A stretch of DNA of 63,908 nucleotides, the filler included, from Folioceros fuciformis (lineage: Eukaryota), in NCBI GenBank assembly GCA_049999805.1. It is 5 parts of 4 records of this genome, joined end to end, with 100 filler letters (N's around TTAATTAATTAA, not from the genome) between each part and the next. Parts side by side here need not be neighbours in the genome. Positions count along the whole stretch, not along the records: positions 18,926 to 41,118 come from JBNGIO010004089.1; positions 41,219 to 45,442 come from JBNGIO010004091.1; positions 45,543 to 59,660 come from JBNGIO010004092.1; 2 more parts are not named here. One strand, 5' to 3'. Position 1 is the stretch's first letter. Every line of letters begins with the position of its first letter. The notes under the pieces are model-generated. The model saw only the letters and a program-made list of their open reading frames with translations. It had not been told where the DNA came from and searched no databases. Shown here one piece after another: positions 35,863 to 48,790 of the stretch. The position numbers and the translations under genes are program-made.

Positions 35863-36865
35863 TCAGAGTCCTGACAGCAGACCCCGAGCCTTCTCATACG
35901 CTACGAAAATGGCACCATTCACAACGAAGGCACGTGTCAATGTCACTCCCAACCCACGCCATAGGAACGCATGCCCCTCCGCCTGGATACTTTGCCGCAA
36001 ACAGTCCAGGCTACTGGAATACTTCAGCCTCGACGAGTCCTGCGCCTGCATCCTGCTCTTGATCACATCCACCGGGTAGATGGATGTCCAGCACATGACC
36101 CCTGCAATCCCACCTGCAACAAGCTGCGTCGTGAGACTGGACTCGCCGTGCGTTCGGGAACCTGGAGAGAGCAGTTCCCGGGCAAACTCGTTGGTGGCGA
36201 AGTACACTCCATAGCTAGGCGCGTCTCTCAACAACGTCAATCCGAAGCCCCGGTACAAGCCTCTCCATCCCTCTGTCCTCATAGTCTTCTGGACAACAGA
36301 CGAAGGTCCCGTTGCACGAGGGTGGGGGTGAAGAGAAGACACGGCAAACAAAGGATGCGGGGTGGCCGCTTGTAGTTGCAGCCGGATCTTAATAAGCTCT
36401 ACAGGTGTCATAAGCACAGACTGGACGGAGCCTGCTGCCGCACCAGCTAGCCACACCTTGGAATAGGAGAGGGGAGCATCGGAAGAGGGATCCGACAGTA
36501 CACGCTGGCAAAAGGACTTACTTACAAATGTCACGGCATTCTGTGAGGCAGTAAACGATGAGAAGGCAGCGAGGACTGATGCGCGAGGAATTGGCCAAAA
36601 GAGGAAAGCGGCTCGATGTCTTTCTTACCTGAACAGAAGCAGTGGCCAGTGGCGATAGCAGGCCTTTGAACAGAGCCTGGGGACCCTCCGAAGTCACAAG
36701 ATGTCGGAACAATCCACACACAGTAGGAGCACCAGATGCAGGGCATCGCGGTTGCTGCAGCTGTATTCTAATTGTGTCCAGAGGATGGCCAGTTATCACC
36801 CCAGCCATGCCTCCCAATCCTCCGGCCAAGAGCTCCCTCACCAGAGTCGAGCCACCAGTCTCCAT
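35863..36865 (-). CDS. BAC2: Mitochondrial carrier, basic amino acid carrier BAC2-like; exons 36865-36629 and 36540-35863
   Basis: Three PX[DE]XX[KR] repeats (HPLDTIRIQLQ, TPVELIKIRLQLQ, YPVDVIKSRMQAQ), plus LRDAPSYGVYF and RAFVVNGAIFVAYE. An alternative ATG lies at 36901. Confidence 0.85.
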
Positions 36866-37962
36866 TTCATCCCTTGTGCTCGTCACAAGCCCCGTTTGCA
36901 TTCAGGCAAAGCAGAATTAGAGGACTCCCTTGTTGTCCACAAGGAACGTGTCTGTGGCAAAATCAATCGTGAGCAGCTCTTTCGCACTCTGCAGGACAAC
37001 CCCGCTCTTCCACATACCAGAGAGGATTCCGATCCTCGGCGAAAATCAAATCCTCGCCCCTTCCAATCTAGTAGACATTCGGGCTAACAAATTGCATCGC
37101 ATAAGACATGGAGCATTCTCGTTTCCACACACATATAGAGGAATTCAAGATGCAGGGGCAATTGATCGAGAATTTCCTCCATAGCAACGGAATGCAAGCA
37201 AATTTGCTCAAATTCCAAAGTGACTGATGAACAGAAACGGGAAGACGGCGAGGATTGAGTCTCAGGTGCTGCCATTGCTGTGGCAGTCTTTGTCACTAGT
37301 AGACTTGATCCAACACGCCACTCCACAGACAGCGCGAGCTGCAAGGGCGGGCTCCGGCTTCAGCACCACACGTTCCACCGTTGGCGAAAAAGAAAATGCC
37401 GTACAACGGACGAACTTTATTGTACATACTGTGGTTCGGCCGAGACTCTCCTACCAATGGATCAACTTTTAGTCCCTTCCTGTCGCTTTGTAGTCCTGCG
37501 ATTCCCCCGAAAGGAATCGAAAGACTAAATAATATCGAAAAGGGATCGAAGGACTCAAAAAGCAGGAACAGCCTTCGAATGAGAACAGTGAAACCCTTAC
37601 TGGAGCAGAGCAGAGAGCACTCTCGTGCTCTTTCCGCACAGAGTTTGTCGTACTCATGTACTGAGGTCGGTTTTATATGCATTAAGACATTACAGAAACC
37701 TACCCTCAACATTTACAAATGGGAAGCTTCCCTACTTACAAATTGATGGCCCGTTCCCTATTAGTGGACATGAAATGTCGCGTGCATGTTAATTCTTCAT
37801 ATTCACATTTACCAACCACATTTAGCCCGTGAGTAAAGCGCATTCAGCCATAGTAGCCGTGGAGGTTACTCCTCTCATCCGCTTGCACCTCAGAGACATG
37901 CGATGGTGTCGAAAGGAGATGAAAGCTCCTGGAGAGCGCGGACAAAGGCCTTGTTCACGGGA

Positions 37963-39218
37963 TCATCGCTGTGAATGCATGATTCGAGATACCCAGGCGC
38001 TCCTTCCGAAGTCAGCAGATATCTGGACTCGCATCACTTCATACCTTGTTCCCCTCTCAATCACATCAAACACCTTCTGGCCATCAGAGTCCAGAAGAGA
38101 TGCCAAAGGAGCTGTCTTCACTTGGATGTCGTCACCTTTGCGAGAGCCATGAACCCACCCACCCAGAATCCACCATCTCAGACAGATCTGTCTGTTTGCG
38201 ATGCCACTGGATATTAAAGCCTCCCTCAAATACTTGTCCTGAAAAATCAGCTGGTGCATCATGTTTGCTGGCTGAGGCTTCAGCATGTCGACAGAGAAGA
38301 GAAGCATGTGGTCGTGAGGTGAGTACAAAGTCAGATTGTGGGGTTTAGGGTTAGAGGAGTGACCTCTATGCCGAGGTGGTAGAGACAGTAATGAAGAGCT
38401 ATCAGGTTGACCAGAACACTCTGAGTGGGTTTGAACAAGTTCACAACCACATCCTGGTAGTCGAAACCAAGAGCACACAGCAAAGCCATTGCCTTATGGT
38501 AGTCGATAACTTCCACCGATTCTTGACGGGCTGCAAATCGGTTCACGATCTCAATCACAGCCCTCGATCGGCTCGCCATCTCGGTGTGAATGCGCTTATA
38601 TGCCTCCCTCCACCCCTGCACTTCATAGCAAAGGCGGACCTTGAGATTCAGTCCTCAAAAATTTAGTGGTAATGGTAAGACGCAGATTTCGGCCACAGTT
38701 AAGAGCTAGGAGCTGCTGAACCTCCCCACCTCAGACAAAACATTTCTACAAGGTCCTGGAGACCAACCTCATTTGGTTCCTTAGCAACGTTGATCTGGTT
38801 GCAAGCCCTGCCAAGCAAGCACAAGCAGTCCGGCTTCTTTCTGGCACAATCCACCGGATAGGACCGGCCCGACATGGGCCATCTCACTTGGAAAATCTGA
38901 CCCCAAATTTCTTCGGACGAGCATGACTCATACCAAAAGCGCGAACAGAGCTGAAGGTGACAGACGTCTCGTGGCTTGACGGAACGAGAAAAAAATTTCT
39001 CAGCACCTCCAATTACATTCCCCACACTTGTGGCTGTTGTTTGAAATCGACATCGTACAGCCAAAAGTGGTCCAACCGAAAGACAAAAGCGAAGGAATCT
39101 GCTAGACAACCTGCAGCAGGGCGACAATGTGCCGAACTATGTCATCAGGCACCTGGTACCCCTCGACGCTCCAGTCCCTCTCCCCTTCACTTGAACCCTG
39201 AGAGTCCGCCTCCGCCAT
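37963..39218 (-). CDS. F-box family protein (conserved uncharacterised plant type), about 4 exons
   Basis: F-box VPDDIVRHIVALLQ|PRDVCHLQLCSRFW...IWGQIFQVRWP, followed by GWREAYKRIH, LVNLIALHYC, RQICLRWW and EVMRVQIS; GT-AG introns. Confidence 0.8.
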
Positions 39219-40336
39219 GATATCCCACCTACGGCAGGCAATCGTGCATACAGGTGAGGAACACCTTGCATGCCCTACCGCTCCATCCATCAGGCAACAA
39301 GAAGCCACGCGCTGAAGCCTGTCCTAAACCGTCACCGAATTGCAACCACATCCACAAACCTACAACCACCTTTGGTGCCTGTTGCTACCCTCTGCGAATT
39401 GGCCGCAAACGATTCCACCCATCAACTGCCCCTCACGCCCTTCCTGCAGGAGGAAACGGACGGCCCAACCTCCACGACAGAAGCAACTCCCCTGCTCCTC
39501 CGCCCTTCTACCACACGCCGTAATCCGACGACTCAACAGCATTAGACACACCGACCCAAGAGATTCCATCACATCGCCTGTCTCTTCACCCACAGGCACA
39601 ATGACTATACAACACCCCTCTCCTGCTCCCATCTACTTCCCCCACCAGCAAATTGGCCTCCGACCGCAACGTCACAAGCCAATCCCCGCATCCAACAAAC
39701 GCAATCATGCAACTTCACCTGAGCGGAAGCAAACGCAGGAAACAAAGAAGGAACGTTGGCCGAAGAGAAATAAACAAAGAGCAGCAAGAGAAGGTCGGCA
39801 ACCTGGGAACAGAGCACAAGCTGCGCTCCCGGCCTGATCAATTGATTTGCAGATATTTCGAGGGCCAAAGCGCATGATTCGAGGAAGCGCAAAGACTTAA
39901 TCGCGTCGCGCTTGGGCTTTGGTTTCTGCGGGGAAAGACGGGTTGGGAAGATACCCAAGAGCCAGGTTCAGGCCCCGCTGCAACGTGGCCCACCTTCCAT
40001 TTGGCCCGCCTCGCTCTAAATACAATACCTGTCAAGCAACTACTGGGGCAGCCAGGAGGCACGGCCACGGGTCTCGCAAAGATGCTCCACGAGGGCTCCT
40101 GTGGAAGGAGATTCAGCAGGCACTAAATGAATCCGCTTCACAAATCCTGACACGGAATCGAGGTGGTAACAGTCGTCCGCTCACTCCTGCAGGAAAGGGG
40201 CAAGGAAGAGGAGGGGTACGGAGGGAAGGCCCGTCCACGATGATGGACTCCCGCCTCAATAGCGGCCCGCCTCCGGAGAAGTGGAAGGGGATCGAAGTCG
40301 GAAGTTTCCTGCCTGCCGTGCCGAGAGGGGGATGAA

Positions 40337-41118
40337 TCATAGACGGAAGTTGTCAATAATGTGCGCAATCACATCAGCGCCGTCCCCATGCCTGGACGCT
40401 TCCTTCACCTGAATCGTGTTGTGCGCGGCGAAAGATCCAAAATTGATGTCCACTCTCCGCCAGCTCATCTTGCTGAGACCGGACACCATTTCCTCCTCCG
40501 CATCCTCCACCCCAGACTTGCCCCCGTTCATCGAGGGTTTCGGATCCGCCGCAACCACAGCCCCAGACGCAGCCTCCATGCCACCATCCAACGCCTCCTC
40601 CACCCGCATCACATGCGGATATTTCTCGCTCACCGGTTCCTGCTTCACCGGCGGCACGTCGGACTCCCGCCGAATGGACGCCGTCCGCCATCCCACCAGA
40701 TGGTCGAAGAACACGTTCGCATAAGCAGCCCGGGACTTGAACTCGTTCAACCCCGCCAGAAACCTCCCTTCCTGACAATCCGTGGCCATCCTCCGGAGCA
40801 GCGGCAGCCTCCCCCCGTCCCCGTCCGTCAAAAAGAGATGCCTCCCGGTCGGGCCGACGATCCAGTGCGCCATGGCCGGAGCCAAGGCCTCCAGGGCCCG
40901 CATCCCGAATAAGAAAGGCAGCTGGCCGTTCCCCCGCGACCCCAAGTGCGGGGTGGCTAGCGTGACGAAATTCATCGCCTCCAGCCCCGCGATCCCGCTC
41001 CTGCCACCTCCATTTCCTGCTCCCTCGCCGTCTCCTTGCACCAGCTGCCCTACCGCATACCTGGCCACCAAACCCCCGAGCGAATGCGCCACGAAGGAGA
41101 TTTTCCGCACCCCAGGCG
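40337..41118 (-). CDS. DUF676 alpha/beta-hydrolase (ROG1-like putative lipase), 5'-truncated by the spacer
   Basis: ISFVAHSLGGLVARYA nucleophile motif, FVTLATPHLGS, YANVFFDHLVGWRTASIRR and AHNTIQVK. Confidence 0.9.
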
Positions 41119-41218
41119 NNNNNNNNNNNNNNNNNNNNNNNNNNNNNNNNNNNNNNNNNNNNTTAATTAATTAANNNNNNNNNNNNNNNNNNNNNNNNNN
41201 NNNNNNNNNNNNNNNNNN
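41119..41218. other. Artificial contig-joining spacer
   Basis: N44-TTAATTAATTAA-N44; it truncates a different gene on each side. Confidence 0.95.
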
Positions 41219-42352
41219 CCCGTTAATTGCCCCTGTTAACAGTTGTCCGAGAACCACTCGATCAACAAATGCGAAAAAAGGCCAATGAACCGAGCCGGCA
41301 TTGTGCGTAGATCTGACACCACCTAGGACCAACAATGCCCGGATTTTGATTTAGACACCATGGTTGCAGCTAGCAATCAAATTGGAAGACTCACTCACCA
41401 TCCAAGGAATAGCAAACAACGCAGAATAGTTTCCCGACAACAAGTTCTGGGTATTGAGAACAATCTGAGGAAGCTGCAGCAGCAGGAATGCGAATGTGGC
41501 CGAATCCGCTAGCCTAGCGGTGATGTTATTCCACCGCACATACAAATCTTTGTATGCGAGTTCCTGGTAGCTTTCATCTTGCAGAGCTTTTGCCTCTCCC
41601 ATATCGAATGTCCCATAGCCTTCCGCCCCAGCCTGCAGAACAAGAGAAGAATTTTTCACATATTACTGAAAACTACTCCAAGCGAGTCATTTCGACAACT
41701 AAAGCCTCTATCACAGCAGCATAGCTCGACGAACAAGAGCAGGTACACGGGATTCCGAAACAAGACCTCGAGGTCAGCCACCACCACCGGCGGAGCCACC
41801 GACGTATCCTCCACCAAAGCGCGGGGAACCGTCATGGTTGCCATTCCCCGCAGCTTCTCGCCACAAAAATGCGCTCCGAAGCCGAGCGGATCAAAACTGT
41901 TCCGCGATGCCCCGCGTGGTAAGCGTCGAGGCCTCACAGTTTGGGATCCGGAGGTCTTGGCACAACTCACGCACGCAGGGGACCTCTTCCTCAGTTCTCG
42001 CAATCCAACACTGGAAGCAGAACGGGAAGCAAAACTTCTCCTTTGAACATTCAAAATTGCAATGCTGGTCGCAGAATGGCTTGATGCGGGTCCGCCGACT
42101 TCCTGAACGCCCGAAACCTTATCGATGCAGCTCGAAATTCTGCCTGCGGAAAGACATGCAACACACAACAACCCAGCGCTTGCAGACGCGGAAAAGAAGT
42201 AGAAACAACTCTCCAAACAAGTGCATGTAGAGAATCCAATAGACAATCGACTTCAATCCAGCAAGCAAGAAGAGGAAACGAGCCAAACATCGATGCACAC
42301 CGGCGACAGCAGCAGCCGGGGAGTTCGACTGCAAAATCTGAGAGATTGCCAT
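41219..42352 (-). CDS. MEX1: Plastid maltose transporter MEX1, 5' exons only (3' part lost at the spacer)
   Basis: Ser/Arg-rich transit-like region, then WNNITARLADSATFAFLLLQLPQIVLNTQNLLSGNYSALFAIPWM, an intron, and GQLT at the gap edge. Confidence 0.88.
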
Positions 42353-43169
42353 GACCGAAGATCCGCAGCAGCTTTTAACGCCTGTGAGTCGAACAAGTTT
42401 GAGTCTTGGCGGCTGTTTCTAAGAATCAATAGCGCAGGTGCGATCACAACGTCGAGTGAGGGAGGCGACACGAAGACAGTATCAAGCGTCTGTTGCGGGA
42501 GCAAAACATCGGCAGTGGCGATGACACCTGGTGCGGTTTGGACCTTCGGCAGTGCCCGGAGTCCCAGGCCACGCGTCTGTGAGCTACCCGCTGCTAAAAC
42601 TAGACATCATTTGTCCAATTTGATGCCTCTTACCAATTCACTTCAGGTCGACACGCTCCGCGGGCGCATTTCATCACCACCGAGCTCTTGTGGCGACGCG
42701 TTGCTCTACTGGTCACAAGCGATTCCTTAAGTAAAAAATATCAAAATCGACAGACCGTCGCACGTTAGGAAAACAATGGTCAGGGTCCAAGGAACAAGTT
42801 TCTAGAAACTGTGAATAAGAAAGGTCCTAATCCTTTGTATACATAAGGAATAAACTTAAACTATTTAAGTGATTAAGAAGGAGGGGCAATCCGTGTTCTT
42901 AGCGCCTGTATGTATATATCCACAACCAATAGCTTCTATTATGAATATTTATCAATTTGAGAAACCTATTTGGGGGCTATACAAGCCCTAAGCTTCTTCA
43001 CATGTATATAAGCTTTGTGGGCTTCCAAACTTGGAATATTGCATGTCATCAACTTTTGTCAAAGACTCGAAGAATATTTGCTTAGACCCCAAGCGCCTTC
43101 AAAAACATTGACTAAGACCATATTTTGCGTCCACTGGTCTCCCATCTTCTGCATCTCTAATACTTAGAC

Positions 43170-44753
43170 ATGGCAGAAGATATGGAACTTGAAGAAGGCG
43201 AGATAGCACAATCTACCTCAACAGATCCTAACGACCTCTTCTACAACATAGTAAGTTGTTGTGCAATTGTTGGCTTGGCACAAAATACTTGCATTCTATT
43301 GTATGCTTGTCTTGAATCATTTATTAGTTCTAAACTAATGCAAGGACTATGTCATGTGTTGTGCATAGGATGCAAGGCTTGAAAATATACTCAGGGAGCA
43401 ACGAACTCAATTTTTGAAAGCTAGTATGGCTCATCCCGATAGATTAAGAGGTATGTTGACATGTGCAACCTAGTATCATTGTTTCTATGATGGAGGTTTC
43501 TTAAGCGACTTTGAAATTGTGCATGTGCTCCTATGCTAGAGTTGTGTTGTGCACTTTATGTGTTTTGAGAAAAAAATTTCATATGAGTTTAGGTGTCATT
43601 GATTTTAGATTTTTAAATTTGATGCTTTCTTGTGCTATTGTAAGAGGTTGGATCCTTTGATTGTTGAAGTTTGCATTCACAACTTGTGGTTTTCATTTTT
43701 TGCTATAGGACCGCAATTTGGTGCTTACGGGACCTTTCTGCCTACTTATATTAGNNNNNNNNNNNNNNNNNNNNNNNNNNNNNNNNNNNNNNNNNNNNNN
43801 NNNNNNNNNNNNNNNNNNNNNNNNNNNNNNNNNNNNNNNNNNNNNNNNNNNNNNATATGAAAACAACACAAGACCTCCATATGCAAACAACACAAGACCT
43901 CCATATACAAACAACACAAGACCTCCATATGAAAACAACACAAGACCTCCATATGCAAACAACACAAGACCTCCATATACAAACAACACAAGACCTCCAT
44001 ATGAAAACAACACAAGACCTCCATATGCAAACAACACAAGACCTCAATATGAAAACAACACAAGACCTCCATATGCAAACAACACAAGGCCTCAATATGA
44101 AAACAACACAAGACCTCAAAATGCAAACAATAAGATGGCATCGCAACCAAAAATTGGGGACAATCTTTCATATCCTATGGGACCACTACCTCATGCTCAT
44201 GCTCATAGGGCTTCTTTTCCTATATATAACGAAATGCATTTGATGTCTACATCTCAACCTCTCGACAACGCTTCGCGTGAACGCTCTAAGACTTTGCTTA
44301 AGCCTCAAATGGAGGTAAAATCTAATGGTTTGAACATGTTGTCGTATGCCGTTCATTCTCGCTTACTTTTAAAATTGCAAAGAATGACCTAAGTACTAAT
44401 TACGAATATGTGATTGATTACATCATTCTAAGCTTTGGGTCTTTTTGATGTAGGAAAACATAAGGGCTTCATGTAAAGATAAGAACTTGGGGTTGGGACT
44501 AGAAGATGGTGCCGATGATTCTTTTTCCAACCTTACTATGAGTGCAACATCCATGATTGAGGTAAGCTTTTGCATACGTGAGATTCATTGTACGTGATTT
44601 TATTTACCTTATCGCTTTATCGTTCATGGTTGGTTGTGTTGTAGTTGCTTTCCTAATGTCCTACTTTCTCTATGGCAGATGATGACAAATTATCTTCCCA
44701 ACGAGGGCCTTCTCTCCCCTCTGTCCCAATCTTTGAGAAACCTTTCCGAATAA
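43170..44753 (+). CDS. Truncated CW-type zinc finger (CWZF3/5/7-like) paralog with N-terminal motifs only; exons 43170-43250, 43369-43450, 43709-44314 (contains gap), 44454-44561, 44679-44753
   Basis: MELEEGEI...DP..LFYNI|DARLENIL, GPQFGAYGTFLPTY, LGLGLE and SATSMIE|MMTNY...LLSPL follow the order of conserved CWZF N-terminal blocks as I recall them. Introns are GT-AG and in phase, and the stop is TAA at 44751-44753. Frame across the N100 gap cannot be verified. Confidence 0.65.
43855..44130 (+). repeat. 24-bp coding minisatellite (ATATGAAAACAACACAAGACCTCC), at least 11 copies, encoding Y[EAT]NNTRP[PQ]
   Basis: Read directly. It abuts the N100 gap at 43755-43854, so the copy number is a minimum. 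Confidence 0.95.
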
Positions 44754-45442
44754 TTTTTGATGGTCACAAAGTAGGTAGTTGATGAGAAAATAGGGATGAA
44801 GTTGCAAGTGTTTCCATCTAAGAAATAGATGAGGACTAGCAAAGGTTCAAATAGAAACATGAGCAAAATGTATTATGAAAGGACAAAGATAGAATCTATA
44901 AGAGTTTCTACATATTCATATATAAATGGAGGTGAATATTAATATAAAATTAGGCCTAAAAATTAAGGCTACTATTAAAGTGCTTAGCACAGATGTCCAA
45001 GAAGCACTTAGTGGTCAAACTAAGTAGTGTTCAAGTAGTGATAACTGGCTAGTTGGAGCTATGTTTTTCATGGATTATGTGACTATAAGACTATGGTCTT
45101 AGAAACGTATAAAAAGTACGATATTGTAGAGATTGTAATTGATAAATCTATAATTGACTGCGAGAAAACCTTTCTAACGACAATAATACTATGTCATTCT
45201 TAAATAATGCTAAGAATTATATATGTATACGTGAGTATGGACATATATTCAATTATTGTTGCAAGTTATTGTGATAATATATGGGTAAATTATGAATTTT
45301 ATGTATAACTTTTTAATATATTTTTATTTCATAATAGTATTATTAAAAATATATGATTTCTCTTGAAAACTATTTTTTACTTACAAAGCTTTTTTTATCC
45401 TTTTTTTCCATTTTATACTGAGTCATCTATATGCAAAAGGGT

Positions 45443-45542
45443 NNNNNNNNNNNNNNNNNNNNNNNNNNNNNNNNNNNNNNNNNNNNTTAATTAATTAANN
45501 NNNNNNNNNNNNNNNNNNNNNNNNNNNNNNNNNNNNNNNNNN
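45443..45542. other. Artificial contig-joining spacer
   Basis: N44-TTAATTAATTAA-N44. Confidence 0.95.
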
Positions 45543-45950
45543 GAAACAAAGCTCCATCGAGCCATGTGGAAGGTAGCGGAGTAGGTCGAGGGCACGTACG
45601 CTCTCTCCACTTCCGAGAAACAAAGCTCCATCGAGCCATGGGGAAGGTAGCGGAGTAGGTCGAGAGGCACTGGAGGTGATTCACGTGCCAATTGAGCAGC
45701 AAATATCCAAGAAACCGTGACAAGTAGAGGAGGAGCCATCGTTGAAGATGCATAGCTCGGAGAAGGAGGTGCCCAAGAAATTGTTGAAGATGCATAGCTC
45801 GGAGAAGGAGGTGCCCAAGAAATTGTGACATGCCGAGGTGTCGCCTTTGAGGCCTCAAAGTGTGGGGGAGGAGGAACCCAAGATATAGCATGACGGAGAG
45901 GGGTTCTTGATGACTCACGATGGGAGAGGGGTTCTTGATGACTCACAATG
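45543..45950. repeat. Cluster of short tandem duplications (periods of about 74, 42 and 28 bp)
   Basis: GAAACAAAGCTCCATCGAGCCATG at 45543 and 45617; GTTGAAGATGCATAGCTCGGAGAAGGAGGTGCCCAAGAAATT twice; GGAGAGGGGTTCTTGATGACTCAC twice. Confidence 0.85.
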
Positions 45951-46229
45951 CAGAGGAGGAGGCACCTAGGAGGAGAGGGTCGGTGGCAAAGTTGTTGAGC
46001 ACTCAAAGTGCGGAGGAAGAGGCGTCCATAAGGCAAACCTTCCCAAAGAAGTCGTTGAAGGTCCAAGGTGCAAAGGAGCAGGTGTGCCTATGAGACGAAA
46101 GTCTGGTGGGTAGTCGTTGAAGGCACGAGGTGAGGGACAAGAGGTGTCCAAGGAGTGAAAGTGCCATGGCCTACAAATGAAAGTGCCATGGCCTACAAAA
46201 ATAACAAACAGATGACTTAGCTTCACAAG

Positions 46230-46840
46230 GTTAGGGAAGCATTTCTCAATCATGTGCTTGGTGCCTTTGGAGCTTGTGCACAAGTTTTGACAAATCAAGG
46301 TATAAAGCTTTTGGGGGAAGTCGATGAGCTTTTAAATGAATATCTTATTGACCACAAAGTTACCTCTAGAAACCATCTAGAGGCTGGTGGTTTGGCTAAG
46401 CGGATGGTTCAAATGTGTAAAAATGCTCTAAGAAAGTATTACCGAGTGAGAAATAAAAATGAATGGGATAGAATGTTACTATGTCTTGCAATGGGTTATA
46501 TAAGATGAGTAGGTAGTCATCTTTCGGAAAGTTTTCACAGTATGAGGCAACAATTATCTGGGATGTTAGAAAACAAGGCAACAATTATCTTGGATGTTAG
46601 AAAACAAAGTAAATATTATTGTGGAGTTGGATGATCCTAATCAATGGTTGAAAAAAAGTCAGTCATAGCGCAGAATTATTTAAGAGGATCATACCCATAG
46701 TAATGGACAATTTGTTATTTAGCTCAACATAGAGATGAGTTAAGATATAGGAAAACAAGGAGTGGACAATTTAGACCTAAGATAAGGAAGTTTGAAGTGG
46801 GGGATTGCAAAGGAAAACTATGACGACAATTAATACTAGT
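46230..46840 (+). mobile_element. Ty3/Gypsy integrase remnant (degenerate)
   Basis: CAQVLTNQG...LIDHKVTSRNHLEAGGLAKRMVQMCKNALRKY...WDRML..LAMGY matches the rve core with mutated catalytic positions. It has stops and an internal 31-bp duplication. Confidence 0.8.
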
Positions 46841-47529
46841 NNNNNNNNNNNNNNNNNNNNNNNNNNNNNNNNNNNNNNNNNNNNNNNNNNNNNNNNNNNN
46901 NNNNNNNNNNNNNNNNNNNNNNNNNNNNNNNNNNNNNNNNATGACAAGAATGTCATGTCAAATAAGTTTTCAAGTTAAAAAAAAAACAAATGGCATGACA
47001 TTTTAAAAGCACATGAAAAATTGCACACCACCAAACCTAGACATCACTTGCAAGTGATCATGTTTTGGGTATGTGGGCCCATGTCGTATTAAGATCAAAA
47101 TCCATACATGCTTCCATACATGCTTAAGGAAGTAAAAAATGCACTGCAAAGCAAGTCTTTACAATTAGTCTTTACTAAGAGCATGTAAACAAAGCTGCAA
47201 AATATAAAGGTAAAATAAATTAGCCAAAAATAACATAAGCATGCAAATATCTAAGTTGACTGCATTCTAGTAAACCCAAGTTTACCTTTTAGCAACTTTT
47301 TCATCTCTTGCTTTGTCTATCAAACTCAATAAAATAGTTATTTTTGAATATCAAACTCAATAAACTATTTACTTCTAAATTATCAAACTCATAACCTGCA
47401 TTCTCAATATTCGCATATACAACCCCCCACATACTGAGCCTCATGCAAGGCATTTTCTATGTTCCTTACGACTTGTGCCAAGCCATATCACAATATGAAG
47501 AACAAAGTTGGTCCCCTTATATCCTATGT

Positions 47530-47632
47530 TGTGGCTGCCAAAATGGGCTACATTGTGGTTCTCAAAATAGCCAACGTTGTGGTTGCCAAAATAGCCTACA
47601 CAGTGGCTACCAACATAGCCTACAATGTGGCC
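47530..47632. repeat. Degenerate 24-bp tandem repeat x4
   Basis: Four TGTGGYTGCCAAAATAGCCTACAT-like units. Confidence 0.75.
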
Positions 47633-48224
47633 TTCTTATGACGGTGTGCGTCCATTGCCCTAGAAAGGGCACTAACAAATGCAATTTCCTGGACAATGGT
47701 GATCGCAAGGGAGGCGTCATCAACGATTCTAATGGTAGGTAGACCCTTTCACCACCTAGACTACGATAATTTAGGTGTCGTTGGTAGTTTTGAATTTGGA
47801 GGTCTTAGGGGGCTAGTTCTCTTTGGCCTTGTCACCTTTGTATATTGTCTCCATTTTTCAGGGTAGAAGGGTAAAAACTTGAAGGTAGAAGGGTCAAAAA
47901 TGAAGATGAGTCACCTTCAACATGTGGAAGTTCAAGACAAAGATGCTTTTGACAAAGACAGGGCTTTGGGTAGTATTGTTAGGGACTTAGCATGAGAGAC
48001 TAGCCAGGCAGGAGACAATGAAGGCAGAGCTCTATTGACCATTTGAGCCTCCCAACTTGTGGTTCTTCTAGAGTAGTTCTAGCTTCTACCAATCCTCCCT
48101 TGCACGAGTGCATGAGATCACATGTGTTAAGCACATTTAGTGGAATTTGAAGTCTTTATAGAAAAGAAGAGATGGACGTTCCATCTACCTTGTGACAAGG
48201 GGAACAACCCACAACCGCGCATTT

Positions 48225-48790
48225 AGTTGTGTGCTAGTGTTTTGTAGAGTGAATTGGCTTAGAGTTGTTTGCTAGTCTTTTGTGGATGGTTGAGAGTTGT
48301 GTGCTAGTCTTTGTGGACAGTTCAGAGTTGTGTGCTAGTCTTTTGTGAATAGTTGAGAGTTGTGTGCTAGTCTTTTGTGAATAGTTCAGAGTTGTGTGCT
48401 AGTCTTTTGTGGAGTCAATTGGCGGTTGAGAATTGTGAGAATGAGGCTTTTGTGGAGAAAATTACCTGAGAAAAGTCAAGTGTGTTGAATTGTTTGCTTG
48501 TCTTTTGTAGAGTGAATTGTCTAAGAATAGTGTGTTAGTGCGTTGTTGAGTGAATTGGCTAAGAGTTGTGTGTTAGTTTTTTGTGGAGTGAGTTGGCAGT
48601 TGAGAGTTGCAAGGCTAAGGCTTTTGTGAAGTGAATTCGCTGAGACTGGTGTACAAGGGTTTTGTGGAGTGGATTGGCCGATAATTGTGTGCTAGTCTAT
48701 TGTGAGTGAGTTGGCGGCTGAGTTGTGTGCTAGACTTTTGCGGAATGAGTTGGGGGCTGAGAGTTGAGTCCTAATATTTTGAGTCAGCCA
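48225..48790. repeat. Degenerate ~30-45-bp tandem array (GAGTTGTGTGCTAGTCTTTTGTGGA / GAATTGGC), interrupted by the MULE
   Basis: Many copies are visible, and related GAATTGGCC units resume at 52880-53000. Confidence 0.8.
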
